Under the pieces are notes generated by a model. That model searched no databases and was not told the DNA's origin. It saw only the letters and a list, made by a program, of their open reading frames with translations. This document shows, in pieces, positions 10,569-24,104 of a stretch of 64,000 nt of DNA; the first letter of the stretch is position 1; every line of letters begins with the position of its first letter. The position numbers and the translations under genes were made by a program. This DNA comes from Eledone cirrhosa (lineage: Eukaryota), in NCBI GenBank assembly GCA_964016885.1, contig OZ024742.1, positions 210,118,001-210,182,000 on the forward strand, given 5' to 3'.

Positions 10569-12734
10569 CACAAATTTCCACAACCAAATGAATATATTCC
10601 CTAATTACAAGAGATAAATTCTGTTTTTTTTTTGCAGCGTTCTATGAATTATGTTAAAATCATTATTACACTAAATTAAATGTAAGTTGAAGTGTAAATA
10701 GTCCAACAAAACGTTAGGTGGATGTCAACTCTACCTAGAAATACTGTAGAACAGAATCTTAATTTTAAGAAATATCTTTTCTTAAAATATACACGAGCCA
10801 AAAATACTTTTTAGATATTGTTTTATCCTTATAATTGTTTAATTTTGTTTTTGTTTTGTCGTGATAAATCTTTTATAAAAAAAAACATTGTTTACAAAAT
10901 ATTCTTTGCTTTTTCTAACTAATTTTATAAGATGAATGAATGGCATCAGCGCAGGCTGTAGTTTTACCAAACTTAAACTGTGATAACAACAGGTCTTGAA
11001 AAATCACAGACCCGTCCGACGGAGAGATCTCCCACCTACTCTGGGGTAGGTGGGAGATGTCTTCTCTTGTGAAAATGAGTATAGCTTTCATTGTGTAAAA
11101 TCTCCCCATTTTGCCTCATTTCTCCCCGTTTGGGGCCCCTTTTTGATGGTACTCCCCGTTTGGATTTTTAGAGGTTGCAGATCTGAAATCAATTTAAGTA
11201 TTATCCAGTTTGTGTAACTATGATTTAGGAAAAGAAGATCAGGCAGACTCTCTTCCATATACATATATTGATCAGTCCTATAGTTTTAATGTAGGTCTTC
11301 CATGATTGAAGCACAACGTTAATTAGTCGAGATTAGAACGATTAATGCTCAATAATAATTAGAGTAAAACTACAGGCAGCGCAAGTATTACAGAATAATA
11401 GACACGGGGGAAATATCTAATTCAAATCAGGAAGGTAAAGCACAGTAAAGATGATTGAACGTGTTTGTGAAATAACCTTAATGAAAAAGAATTATTTTTA
11501 ATAAAAAATACATATTTTAATCACAAGAAAACAAAGGAAGAGTGGTTGAGTTGGTATCAGACAGGAAGAAAAAACTAGAATTCGTAGAAACGAGTATCGT
11601 TCTGTGTCTGTAAAAATAATAAAGAAAGCATTAAAATTCGTTAAATAAAATAAGTTCGTTTGCTGATAATATAAAGGTGAATTCTGATGTTTCAGGTAGG
11701 ATTTTTCTTCGTAGAAAATATTTATATCAGTCTCCGTGAAATCCAAAATAAACCTATCTTATGATAAATAAAAATAAATGAATAAATAAATAAATAAAAA
11801 TAAATAAATGATAAATAAATATAGGTTGCGTTAAGAACGACTACCCCCGACCCAAGTATCAAGCTGCTCTTTTGTTTTAAAAACAAAACCATTGGTTCAG
11901 TTTGTTTCAGGTAAACAGCGGAGTTTTAGTTGAAGAGAAATGTTTTATTGAGTATGAGAAAATTGAAAAGTAAAGTTTCGGCTGTAAATTGACATTGAAA
12001 CTGTATCGCTGTGTCCCCCCCCCCCCTCCATTATAACTTATAATCTTGCTTAGACAACGTCTTGGTATTTCTATTTGTGTTCTATGTTTGTGAAAACCAT
12101 TCAAATGCGTATGGTGGAGTACAGAGTAGAGAAACCATTCGAAAAAACGTGGTGGAGTTAGCAAAAACGATAATGTGCTGGCTTGAATATCCCTTTGTAT
12201 TTAATTACGCCCATATATGTTCTGAATATCAATTCATCCGAATATCATTCCTCCAAAATCGATAAAATAAGTAATGTATGCTAGGATCAATTTAATCGGA
12301 CATACTACCTTTCATACAAGTTTGTTTCCTGGTACCAATGTAAGAAATCAATATATCTCACCTTGGGCAGATAGATAAGTTAATGGGTTCCTAGCTACAA
12401 GGCAAAATATTTTACTCTATTATCCTAAGGTTCCAACTCTAATTAACAAATTATTATAACCTTCTTTCATTTGAGATATGTGTCATAGCTGAATGGATAA
12501 AGCTTTGAACTACTAGTTTATAAGACGTGTGAAGCTAGGCAGTGGGGAGTAATAATTATGTCTTTCTAAAAAAAAAAGCTATTAGAGGAATAGTGCAGCC
12601 TTGTGACTTACAAGTAAACAGACTTATTTTCAACTCATCTTAGTTTAATTAGATAGGGAAATAATTCATTTTCAGTTATTGGCTTAGGGATACAAAACTT
12701 ACTCGCAAACACGAACGAGACAGTAAAGTGCTCA

Positions 12735-12915
12735 TTGTTAAGGTTCAGGTCAACGTTGATAGAGCAGACATATGATCAAAGGTACTCCGTTCTTGACCAT
12801 CCCGTCTTTAATTCAGACACGTTGTATCTCCAGAACTACATCGCAGTGTCATTTGAAGAAGATTTGGTTGCTATTTCTAGCAGGTGGAGTGATCGTGTAG
12901 ATGCTTCTTCGTTGA
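12735..12915 (+). repeat. Interspersed repeat family C (unclassified)
   Basis: Block GAGC...TATGATCAAAG...GATTTGGTTGCTATTTCTAGCAGG recurs in diverged form at ~13640-13860 and, in reverse, at ~14100-14280, 36700-36850, 37140-37205, 45450-45610 and 53720-53830. Confidence 0.65.
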
Positions 12916-13302
12916 TTTGAAAACGTTCATGTTTTTCTGTTACCAGATGTGCCAATAAATTGGTTCTATTGCTATAATACTGTACTACCTTCAACTGTTA
13001 TGGATAACTAGCCGTTGAATTCACTTCGAATTAAAGAAATAACCAGATTGAATGATAATGTAAATGGGCTAACTTACTTCATTTTTGTCGGAAGCTAATT
13101 AATAGACTTACCATTCTATGTTTCTGTTTCTAAGCATTGAACTCGTCAAACATTAATTTTATTAATATTATTTTCCTTGTCAAAAAGTTCGGTTGAACGA
13201 ATCAGAATATTGTTGATATATTAAAGTCATTATAAAACTAACCAGACCTATTAAATAGAATTGGAATTTTTAAAGAGGCGTGAAATCTTTATATTATGTA
13301 CA

Positions 13303-13600
13303 GTTTTGCCTTTCATCCTTACGGGGTCGATAAAATAAAGTACCAGTAATGCACTGGGTAATTTGCTGGCCTTGTGCCTAAAGTAGAAACAATTATGTAC
13401 AGTTTTAATGGGCGGTGAATTAGCAGCATTGGTAAAGCACCGGAAAACATGCTTTGCAGCATATGGTTACGGCCTTTTACATTCTAAGCTCAAATCCCCC
13501 CTAGGTTAGCTTTGCTTTGCATCCTTATGCAGTGGGGTCGATTTAATCGACTTTCCTCTCCCCACAAATTAAAGCGTACCTATGTAAAAGAAAGACTGGT
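13303..13600 (+). mobile_element. Two SINE-B copies (3' fragment plus older diverged copy)
   Basis: TTTGCCTTTCATCCTTACGGGGTCGATAAAATAAAGTACCAG..GTAGAAACAATT, then GGCGGTGAATTAGCAG.. head. Confidence 0.8.
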
Positions 13601-13873
13601 AAAGATGATGGTGACAATATTTTTTCTTTTTTTTTCTGGCGCTCCAAGTCAGTTTTGCTCAAGTAGAGCTATGATCAAAGATGTTCCCATCAAGAACATC
13701 TCGTCTTTATTTCAGACACATCTACGATTAGATAATGTAATGTATTCATTATTCAGTGTGTTTTCCTTTTTAAAGTTGGTTATGCGGTGATTTGATAGGG
13801 ATTTGATCACTATTTTTAACAAGTCGAGCGAACTTGTAGAGGCTCTACGTTAGCTCGTTTTTACATTAATTTT

Positions 13874-13995
<122 letters not shown>

Positions 13996-15134
13996 TTGAT
14001 TATATATAGTATTCCTATTGATTCCTCTTGACTTGGCATGGTGTTAACTTTTTCAAAGAAATGGAGGCTGGCATAGAAGCGAGTGCAGCATATTATTAAT
14101 CGTTCAACCTTGGAGAAATAGCAGACAAACCTCCCTTAAATTACACCCTATTCCCTTAAAAAGAGCGATTGGGGAAGTATCGGATAATCTAGACTTCGAT
14201 ACGCATTGCCTGAAGGAAGGATGGGAAGGTCACGGCTAAAATTTATTTGATCATTAGTCAGCTGACTCAGAGCTAACCTAAAGTTAAACAACAATAACTA
14301 TTGGTTACATATATAAACTTTATAAAGACCTCGACAAAATATTGAACCCAAACCCAGAATGGCCAAGTGCAGAAATGTTGTCTGACCCAGTCCCCTATCC
14401 ACAGACATTTGTCATCGAACGAAACATATTCTCCCTTTGCCTCATCCCTAGTAAATTTCAGATCTAATGACATTGTAGATTTTTTTTTTTCTTTGTAGAG
14501 GTACAAGGTCAACCTGACGAAAGAGGAGACAGCATAGTCAATTGAACCGATACCCTCACCACTGGTATTTTGTCTTATTGACCAATCCCCTCTACACATA
14601 TTCACACAGCTACTGTCAGAAAAGATAAAATGCATAAATCGAAAGCTCGCCATCCCCCCAGAGGAATGTACACACAGAACTTAGAAGGACGAAAATAAAC
14701 ACATCAAAAATATTTAATCACGGCACTGTAACGATTTTGCTAACTAGTAAATCCTGTAAGAAATCGATATTGACAATAGATTAGAAAAAATATATAGAAG
14801 TTGTAAAAGCAGCAACAGCGGCAGTAACAGCAGCAGTAGCAACAACAACAACGACGACGACGACGACGACGGTATCGTCATCACCTACAATAATGATAAT
14901 AACGATTTCATTTATTAGCCACCAGGGCCGACATGTAGGGGACAATAAACAACAGCAGTAGTTGGTGGCATCAACCCTTGATTCAACAAAAGAAAGACAT
15001 TGTGGCAAGCTGAAAGGTAGCATCTAGAAATGGGGGTCGGGTGATAACACCACCATCGCCTCCTCTACCATCCTTTTCCCCCTTTATTCCAATGTCTGAT
15101 ACATGACGTCAATGATGATGAAAGAGAGAGGGTG

Positions 15135-15550
15135 GATGGTTAGTAAATAATTGTTTCTACTTTTGGCACAAGGCCAGCAATTACCGCCAGTACATTACTG
15201 GTACTTTATTTTATCGACCCCGTAAGGATGAAAGGCAAAGTTAACCTCGGCGGGATTTGAACTCAGAATGGCAAGGGCCGTAACTCTATGCGTCAAAGCA
15301 TGGCGTCCAACCCTCTACCGATACTGCCAATCCACGGATGGTAAGTAAATAATTGTTTCTACTTTTGGCACAAGGCCAGCAATTACCCAGTGTATTACTG
15401 GTACTTTATTTTATCGACCCCATAAGGATGAAAGGCAAAGTTAACCTCGGCGGGATTTGAACTCAGAATGTCAAGGGCCGTAACTCTATGCGTCAAAGCA
15501 TGGCGTCCGACCCTCTACCGATACTGCCAATCCACTGTAAGTAAATAATA
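15135..15550 (-). mobile_element. Head-to-tail tandem pair of SINE-B
   Basis: ~200-bp unit GGATGGT(T/A)AGTAAATAATTGTTTCTAC...AATCCAC present twice; GTAAGTAAATAAT-like flank appears three times. Confidence 0.9.
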
Positions 15551-15743
15551 ATTGCTTATTAACAGGCACAAAACCACACATTTTGTAGGAATGGAAGCTT
15601 AACGGGGGCTTTTTCAAAAAGCAACTTCAAGTGAAAATCAACTTCAAGTGAAAATGATTGTTTTTATTTTTGTTGTTATTTTTTTGTCTTTTGTTGTTTC
15701 TTTTTGTTGTTGTTTTTTTTTTGTTTTTTTTTCCAGAAAAAAA

Positions 15744-15930
15744 TAATTGTTTCTACTTTAGGCACAAGGCCAGCAATTACCCAGTGCATTACTGGTACTT
15801 TATTTTATCGACCCGGTAAGGATGAAAGGCAAAGTCAACCTCGGCGGGATTTGAACTCAGATCGTAAAGGGACGTAACTATGCTGGAAAGCATGGCGTCC
15901 GACCCTCTACCGATTACTGCCAATCCACCA
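15744..15930 (-). mobile_element. tRNA-derived SINE-B, full length
   Basis: Minus strand GGTGGATTGGCAG..GG (A-box-like), GAGTTCAAATCCC (B-box), body GCCTTTCATCC..GGTCGATAAAATAAAGTACCAG. Other copies at ~16160-16360, 17030-17280, 24565-24730, 25412-25602, 34278-34412, 55830-56040, 57770-57940. Confidence 0.9.
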
Positions 15931-18126
15931 TAATGAACGGTTAACTGCATAGCACGTAGTTTCTCGGGTGGTAGAATTTTACAGTCAAATAAATTGATTA
16001 TGATTGGATATACTTTGAGAATATTAAGTAAACCACAGGCCGTATTTTGGAATCACCAGAAAAATAGAGCTACAGTACCTTATCATTTTGGAAAGACTTC
16101 GCGAAAGTCATATATAAAATTTCTGTGCCCAGTAAGAAATTAATTATAGGAGTCATAGATTAGCAGAATTGTTAGAGTCTCGAACAAAATGCTTTGCGCT
16201 ACTTGTACCGGCTCTTTGAGTTCTAAGTTCAAATCCCATCAAGGTTAACTTTGCCTTCTATTGTTGGTAAAATAAAGTACCAGTACTTCACTGGTACTTG
16301 ACTGATATAATTGACCTTCTCCTACCCACCAATTTCCGGCCTTGTGTCTTGATAAGAAACAAGTTGTTGTTTTTGTTTTATTAGTAGTAGAATAACAAAA
16401 ATTACTATCATCATCATCAGCAAAAAAGTAGTAGCAAGTCAATAACAAGTGTCGGCTGAATCCTGTTAGAAATTAAAGAATGTAAAGTTTTCTTCTGGTA
16501 TTCTATTGTCGGTTTGTAAGAGTAATTGGAAGACTGGATGACTGCCTGGTCGAAAGGAAGGGTTGTTGATTGGCGAGTTGGATGGCTGAATTGTTGGAGG
16601 ATTACATGAATGGATAGGTGGTTTAGGGAAACTTTGGATGGATGGCTGCTTGGTTGGATGACTGTATGAGTGGATATTTGGCTGGTTGAAAAGATAGAAC
16701 GGCTGATTTGGTTGCCTTGTTGGTTCATTTGTTCGTTGACTGGGCGAATGGTCGGATGGATAAATGGATGAGAGGTGGGGCAATTGGTTAGACACGGTTG
16801 GTCGCCTTGTCGACTGGCTGGCTTTTTAGTTGGATAGATGAATGAGTAAACGTGAAGAAAAGGAATTGAATGACAGAAAGAGAGATATGGACCGATGGAT
16901 CATATCCAATGGATTGACATTAATCAGAGTTAGTTTTCTTTGGCGGTCCTTTCCACAACCAACAGATATTAATGGATTCTAATTTTAACAAGGCCAGAAA
17001 AGGAATGGAAAAATCGATAATATCAACCCTAATACATTACTGGTACTTTATTTTATCGACTTCAGAAGGGTGAAAGGTAAAGTTGATCTAGGCGGGATTT
17101 GAACTCAGAAAGTAAAGATCTAGAACAAATAATGGCTTCGGATTTAGGCACAAGGCTAACAATTTGTAGGGAGGGGAAAGTCAATTAAATTGATCCCAGT
17201 ATGTTATTGGTGCTTTATTTTATCGACACCGTAAGGATGAAAGGCAAAGCTAACCTCGGCGGGATTTGAACTCAAAACGTAATGAAAAATCAAAAATATC
17301 ACAAAACTTGTTATCTGCTGTTCTATCAATTTGCCACTCCACCGCTGTGTTATATCTTAAAATAACGACTAAAGATCCTATATTTCGAGATGTATATACT
17401 TCTATAAATATGCATATAATTTTTTTCTGCTTCACATCAGACAAGCACTGCAATCTCTCTTCTTTTTTTTTTTTTTCCTTTGCTATTATATAGTTGATCG
17501 AATTGCTCCCGAATGCATTACTGGTATGAAAGTAGTATCAATTGTTGAGGCTATTAATCTTAATCTCATCTTATGCATTATTATATTTGACATGTTTCAA
17601 TAAGTATTTTCCAATTGTTATACAAGAATTTTCTTGGATTATGATGGAAGCCACACCTTTTCTGTAACTAACGGGACTCAACACTTTTATTGAACACTTT
17701 TATTGATTATCACCTCCCCAGTATTTCTCTCTTTTTTGTCCTTTTTTTTTCTATCTATCTATCTTTATTTATTTATTTCCTTTTTTCTTCTGGTGGACGG
17801 ACTTAAATACACGAAGTTAAGTGATGATATTTAGTGTTGTTTCATCTCTTGTCTGGATTTCTACGGTTTGACTAGAACACAAGATTACTATTGACAGAAG
17901 AGAATATAGTCGATTTCATCCACCTCAGTATATTACTGGTAATTTTTCTCATCACTTTAAATGGAAAAGAAAAAAGGCAAAGTCGACTGTAGCAAGGTAT
18001 GGACTCTCAACACATAGGAACTACATTAAAAACTATAAAATATTTAGTTCACTGCTCTACTGTTTCTGCACTTTACTTTCTTATTAATGCGAAATTATAA
18101 GAGTTATAGAACTTTCTCATTGTTAA

Positions 18127-18250
18127 TAAAACTTTTGGTGAAATGATTACTACGGGGAAACCTTCAATCGGGAATCTTCGGTGCTATTAAAACTCTTGGT
18201 GAAATGATTACTACGGGGAAACCTTGAATCGGGAGGCCTCGGTGTTATAA
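18127..18250. repeat. Tandem duplication of ~61 bp
   Basis: TAAAACT(T/C)TTGGTGAAATGATTACTACGGGGAAACCTT..TCGGTG twice. Confidence 0.9.
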
Positions 18251-18774
18251 AAACGAATAAATGGGAAGCTGTGAGACTCATATTTACCACCATCAAGGTG
18301 TGAACTTGGTTTCATCGAAAATTTACCACCACACTGGCAAACCAATAATTACTTGTATAGTATGGCCCTGAGATTCTTTAGAAGTAGACGTAATGTGTCA
18401 CCATCACAGCCTTTCTGAATAGCAGAGCATTGTTAATAACTCCTTTTTTTTTCAATGTAGGCAGGCAAGCAGTACGTGACTGGTGCTTTATTTTATCAAC
18501 CCTGGATGAATGAAAGACTAGACTGACTTCGGTGGAATCCGAAAAAATAAAGAAACGTAAGCGATTTTGTCCAACGTTCAAGCGATTCAGATAATCCAGC
18601 ACCACCCTTGGCACTATTAATAACAATACTGTCTGCTTCAACAGCAAACTAACAAATGGGTGGGCGGGGGTTCCATTCTTTATTTTTCTCTTGTTCGTTC
18701 TGCTTGCATTGCTAATGATGATCACAAAATTATAAAAGGGGGTGGTAAATGTGGTATTGGTAGCATGTTATAGC

Positions 18775-19030
18775 ATTGACGGTAGTGGAGGTGGTATAGG
18801 GGGTATTGGTGACATTGACGGTAGTGGAGGTGGTATAGGGGATATTGGGGACATTTGACGGTAGTGGAGGTGGTATAGGGGATATTGGGGACATTTGACG
18901 GTAGTGGAAGTGGTATAGGGGATATTGGGGACATTGACGGTAGTGGAGGTGGTATAGGGGGTATTGGGGGACATTTGACGGTAGTGGAGGTGGTATAGGG
19001 GATATTGGGGACATTGACGGTAGTGGAAGT
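18775..19030. repeat. G-rich 39-40-bp minisatellite, about 6.5 units
   Basis: Unit ATTGACGGTAGTGGAGGTGGTATAGGGGATATTGGGGAC. Confidence 0.95.
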
Positions 19031-19207
19031 CATCCTCCTTGTCGTTTTTGTAAAGGTGGTATTGATGGTAGTGGGGATGGCAGAGGTGGTAGGTATTGGT
19101 GGTATGTGTTAAAATTGATGGTAGTGGAGGTCATCGGCGTTGTCGTCGTTTTTGTGGTGAAGATGGTTATGATAGTTGTAACGATAGGGTAAAGGTAGTA
19201 TCGGCAT

Positions 19208-19259
<52 letters not shown>

Positions 19260-19988
19260 TTCCACGAAAGCCGATACAACAGTCATTGAATTTGTAGTAG
19301 TAGTAGTAGTAGTAGTAATAGCTGCTGCTGTTGCTGCCGGTGTTGTTTCGTAGAACACCTTTTTTCCTGCACATTTATGTCCATCGTGTTGGTACATGCA
19401 AAAAGTATACTCCTTTATACAAACGCAGCTGCACACACTCTTAAACAGATATCCCTTACACATGTGTTAAGCGAACCTTCTCACAGACATGCGCAGATAG
19501 CCTTACACTGGTGTTCTGGGTTTGAATGTTTTAAATGCAGATGAAAAGGTTTCGGATAACTAGTAGCGTACAATATCGTTGTCTTACGTGACACGGATCT
19601 ATATATACAAGCATCAATCTATCTATCCATCCATCAATACATACATATATATATATATATATATACATACATATATACGTGTGTGTGTGTGAGTCCTTCT
19701 TTGGACTCTTCATTCAGTCGTGGAGATGCCGTCATTACATTTTAAAGCTGTCGGGTCCGTCGTTCTCCGTGTGTGTGCGTGTGTGTGTGTGTGTGTTTTT
19801 TTTTTTGTTTTTTTTTTGTGCGCGGGCGCGCATAAATGGCAAAAATCATCCTGATTCGAGCGATATTTTGCTTATGTTCTTATTCCTGAAACGTTTTCTT
19901 GTGTATTTTTTTTTTAAATATTATCATCCTCATCAATTTCCTGATCATCATCATCCCTGTCATATTAGTAATAATAATTCATAATTTA

Positions 19989-19989
19989 A

Positions 19990-20028
<39 letters not shown>

Positions 20029-20123
20029 TGTTTCTACTTTTGGCACAAGGCCAGCAATTACCCAGTACATTACTGGTACTTTATTTTATCGACCCCGTAA
20101 GAATGAAAGGCAAAGTTAACCTC

Positions 20124-20185
<62 letters not shown>
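19989..20185. repeat. (AAT)n tract interrupted by a 5'-truncated SINE-B (20026-20124, minus)
   Basis: AAT repeats on both sides of TTGTTTCTACTTTTGGCACAAGG..AAAGTTAACCTC. Confidence 0.9.
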
Positions 20186-20378
20186 GTGATGTTTTTAGAT
20201 AACCTAGATGGACACGAAGAGATCATCGTAGAACAGCAACTGTTAATGAGTTTGTGACTCATAATTGGGTATCTTGGAGCGTTCTGATTACGGAATGGTA
20301 TCAGTTATGCGGAAAATGAAAAATGAATTCACTTAAATAATGATATGGCGTCAAAATGATTTACAATGTTCGTTGTAA

Positions 20379-21131
20379 CTAACTGTCTGTCGGCTGAAAA
20401 TGGTTATTCACGCAAACTGTAACTTCTACTTGGTGAGAATTCGGCTGTGGCTTAGGAGGAGGAGTAGCGGTAGTGCTATCAGAGGTGATGGTGCTAGTAG
20501 TGGAGATGGGAGTGGACGGGGCGGTGGCAGCAGCAGCAACAGAACGCGAAGACATGAGATCAGAAGTGATAATATCGTGGTTAAGTATGTCTGGAAAAGA
20601 TGCCTGCACTCGGTTCCGGTGTAGACTGCTCTGCCTAATAACTGCCGGAATTAAAGAAGTTTCTGCCTCCTCGCTGCCATCGCAAATACGTCGACCTGTG
20701 TCATAACTGATATAGTGTTCGGAACTGCTGTTACTACTACAAAAGGCTGTATGTTGTTGATGACAGCTGCTGATGCTGTTGTTGTTATTCCTATTGCTGC
20801 CATTGTTATTGTTGCCGTGGACTACTAAATCTATTGGTAGTTCTTCAGATATCAGTTGTTCAGTTTCGTTCTGTTCGATAATAAATCCTTGTTCTTCAAC
20901 ATCTTCAAGATCAATGCGATTTTGATGAGCGGCAGCTGCCTCTTGGCGCCGTGTTGTATTGAAGGTAGGGGAAGTGTCGCGGTATGACAAAGGAATTTGC
21001 GATGGTAGGATACACATCTTCTTCATTTCATCGGCAAAACAACAGACCAAAAATAGGAGTATAAAACATATTCCGAACGGAATAATTAATATCATTCCAA
21101 CAGATCTCTCCATTCTTCTTTCTTGGTACAT
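20379..21131 (-). CDS. Putative host gene or exon: single-pass membrane protein, ~250 aa, long low-complexity tail
   Basis: Longest non-TE ORF (track 20379-21221). From MYQERR there is a hydrophobic segment VGMILIIPFGICFILLFLVCCFA, then an acidic, N/S/T/A-rich tail. No stops, no TE motifs. Start codon uncertain. Confidence 0.65.
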   Translation of the reverse strand: MYQERRMERSVGMILIIPFGICFILLFLVCCFADEMKKMCILPSQIPLSYRDTSPTFNTTRRQEAAAAHQNRIDLEDVEEQGFIIEQNETEQLISEELPIDLVVHGNNNNGSNRNNNNSISSCHQQHTAFCSSNSSSEHYISYDTGRRICDGSEEAETSLIPAVIRQSSLHRNRVQASFPDILNHDIITSDLMSSRSVAAAATAPSTPISTTSTITSDSTTATPPPKPQPNSHQVEVTVCVNNHFQPTDS

Positions 21132-22429
21132 TCTAGCAAAAGAAACAGTTGTTTCAAATAACGAGATGTAAAGTTTCGAAATGTTTCGTTGCGATCCAAT
21201 TTTGTTAAGGAATTTCAACATTCGATAATTTCGTTTACTCGAGCTTGTTTTGTATCATATACTATAAGTATTCTTATTGGAGAAATTTATTGGAGTGATA
21301 AACGACTCCGATTAGAAAATGCTGGGAAAGTTCGTTGATGAAATATTTTTCTCGAAAAGCTTATTTCTATAGCTGTTACACCATGATATATATTTAGCTA
21401 ATTTCACTCCTCCAGATGAATTAAACTTGTCCAATGTAAAGTAGCATAAAAAATATTTGATTAGGAAGAAATACTGAAAAATTCAATATAAGCGAAAACG
21501 AAAGATGTACAAAGATTAGAAAAGGAATATAACGTGAAAAAGCGATGATATGTTCCTCAGTTAACGAGCTTTATACATGTTATAGTCTTTCTTTTTTTCA
21601 TTTGCTGTTCTTGTTGTTCGAGAAAGTTTAGTTTATATATGTAAATTCATATGTACATTCATATATAAATTCTTCTTATGTAAATTCAAAAGTTTATATT
21701 TTTGGTACAATTTCTTCCAGTCGTTTTCTGTTTCTATGGAATATATATAATCTCATTTATTTCCACAAATCCGTCAATATTTCTACGTAACATCCAAAAG
21801 TGCATCAGACTGGTGTTTCCATAGAAACCAAGTAAAACTAAAAAAGAAAAAGAAAAAGAAGCATGTAATGATTTCAAATTAGTTATTTGCAATATATAAG
21901 AATTTAGAAATAGACTGAGTGTATGATAATTATTTATGTTGCGTGTGTGTGTGAGAGAGAGGGTGGTGGAGAGGGTAGAGAGAGAGGGGGGAGAGGAGTG
22001 GAGGGAGAGAAAGCGAGAGGGGGGCAAAGAGAGAGAGAGATATACACATTACGAAACAAGAACGATAAACTTTGTTGTTCTATTACTAGTATCTTCGTTT
22101 TTTTTTTGTTTTGTTTTTTTTTGTTTTTTAATTGTTTTCTCTAATTTTTGAATTTGTGTAAATTGATGAAAGCGATGTTGCATAAATTCCGACTCGAAGA
22201 ATAATGATTCCATTCACTAACATGAACTCAGAAATTATTAGAAAAGATTATAGCCAATTGAAGTGATCCGACACATAACTACTGCTTATTTTGTAGATCC
22301 CAAAATGATTTTGACTCAAAACCTTTAATTTCTGGCAGCCTGTCGCTTTCTAATAAAGGCTTCATATACCAATTCAAAAATTGTAAATAAAGAAAAGCTG
22401 ATGTTGTTATTATTATTATCTCCAAGTCT

Positions 22430-22613
22430 GGCGGTGGATTGTCAGTATCGGGAGAGGGTCGGACGCCATGCTTTCCAGCATAGTTACGTCCCTTTACGAT
22501 CTGAGTTCAAATCCCGCCGAGGTTGACTTTGCCTTTCATCCTTACGGGGTAGATAAAATAAAGTACCAGTAATACACTGGATAATTGCTGGCCTTGTGCC
22601 TAAAGTAGAAACA
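22430..22613 (+). mobile_element. Full-length SINE-B with 18-bp target-site duplication
   Basis: ATTATTATCTCCAAGTCT at 22412-22429 and 22614-22631; a 5'-truncated SINE-B follows (22632-22715). Confidence 0.92.
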
Positions 22614-22717
22614 ATTATTATCTCCAAGTCTCTGAGTTCAAATCCCGCCGAAGTTAGCTTTGCCTTTCATCCTTATGAGGTCGATGAAATAAAATACCAG
22701 TAATGCACTGGTATTTT

Positions 22718-23779
22718 ATCCAGCATAGCTAATTCCATACACCAGAGTATAACTGTAACTATCGACTACCCTTCCAAACACCCTAACAGTAGACTACCTG
22801 TATTAGACACGGAACTCTGGATTAACACTATAGACGAGAGGGCCCACATTCTCCACTCACACTACGCTAAACCCATGGCCTCCAAATACCTGATACTCAA
22901 AAACTCAGCACTATCCAGTAGTGTTAAGTTTAATATTCTGATCGCAGACTTGGTACGAGTGATGAAGAATGTGTCCCGCATGTGCGACCCAACAGAAATG
23001 GAAAGACACATCCAACACCTCATCAACCGCATGCAGTTCTCTGGCTACAACCAAAGAGACAGAGTCAGAGTATACGAAGTAGCCACGGAGAAGTATAAGA
23101 CCCTCATAGAACTGGACATGAAAGGAATTTGCCCATTATACAGGAGCAAATGATGGAATAGCTTAGATAGGACTAAACATAAGATAGGGAAAGCCACCTC
23201 ATGGTATGACAACCAAAGATACCAGAGTGTCATGTTCATGGACGCTACCCCAGGAGGGAAATTAGCTAACCAGTGTAGAAAGGCCCTGAGAAAAACCCAC
23301 TTAAAGATTAAGGTGGTAGAAAAGCCAAGAACTACCATAAAATCCCTGATCAGCAAAACATACCCCTTTAAGAAAACTCACTGTACTAATAGGAAATGTA
23401 TTATATGTAAAGTAAACCCCCGGATAAACTGTAAAACTAGAAACGTAGTCTATAGCATAAGATGTACAGAGGGTGCTTGCAGAAACATGACAACAACATA
23501 CATAGGCGAGACAGCTCGTAGCATAGGTGAAATGATAGTCCAACCCTGGGGGGAACTAAAAGGACTTAAAACGGTTCAGTACTATACGAACACGCAAGAC
23601 AACAACATGACGGTAACATAGACAACATAGAAATTAAAATAATATCTAAACATAGATATGACCCAGCATATAGGCAAATCAGAGAGGCCAGTGAAATAGA
23701 ACTTAGAAGGCCAAAGCTAAACAGAACAAATGAATGGAATAACAACACCCAAACAAACAATACTGACTTAAGAGAAATA

Positions 23780-23814
<35 letters not shown>

Positions 23815-24104
23815 ACAGATTAAATAAAGAAGGCGTAAATATACAATACAACAGGAGGAACATAATAGCACCACTGACGATGTTGCAGATGTGCAACGAA
23901 AGAACTTTGTTAGTCTATATATATGTGTTCATATCTATATTATATCTGTATTTTTGACCGTTGATCAGTCAATGGTAAACATTGAGGACCGAATGAATTA
24001 ACTGATATAAAAGATACAGAAGCGAAAATCAACCAAACAGTGAGTGTGTTCTGTTATTAATTCTGGCAATATTATTACAACAATATGACCCTCCCCAAGT
24101 ATAA

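Noticed and set aside
15744-15930. tRNA gene
   Set aside because: A/B boxes belong to a multicopy SINE head; no complete cloverleaf.
18722-19033. Pro/Tyr-rich repetitive ORFs
   Set aside because: Readings of the minisatellite; unit length alternates 39/40, so no frame is maintained.
23151-23153. In-frame TGA in the Naiad-like PLE as selenocysteine (some Naiads are selenoproteins)
   Set aside because: It falls in PLYRSK*W, not at a Cys position. The Cys motifs use normal codons, the copy also has a frameshift, and I could not identify a SECIS. Most likely a nonsense mutation; family consensus would settle it.
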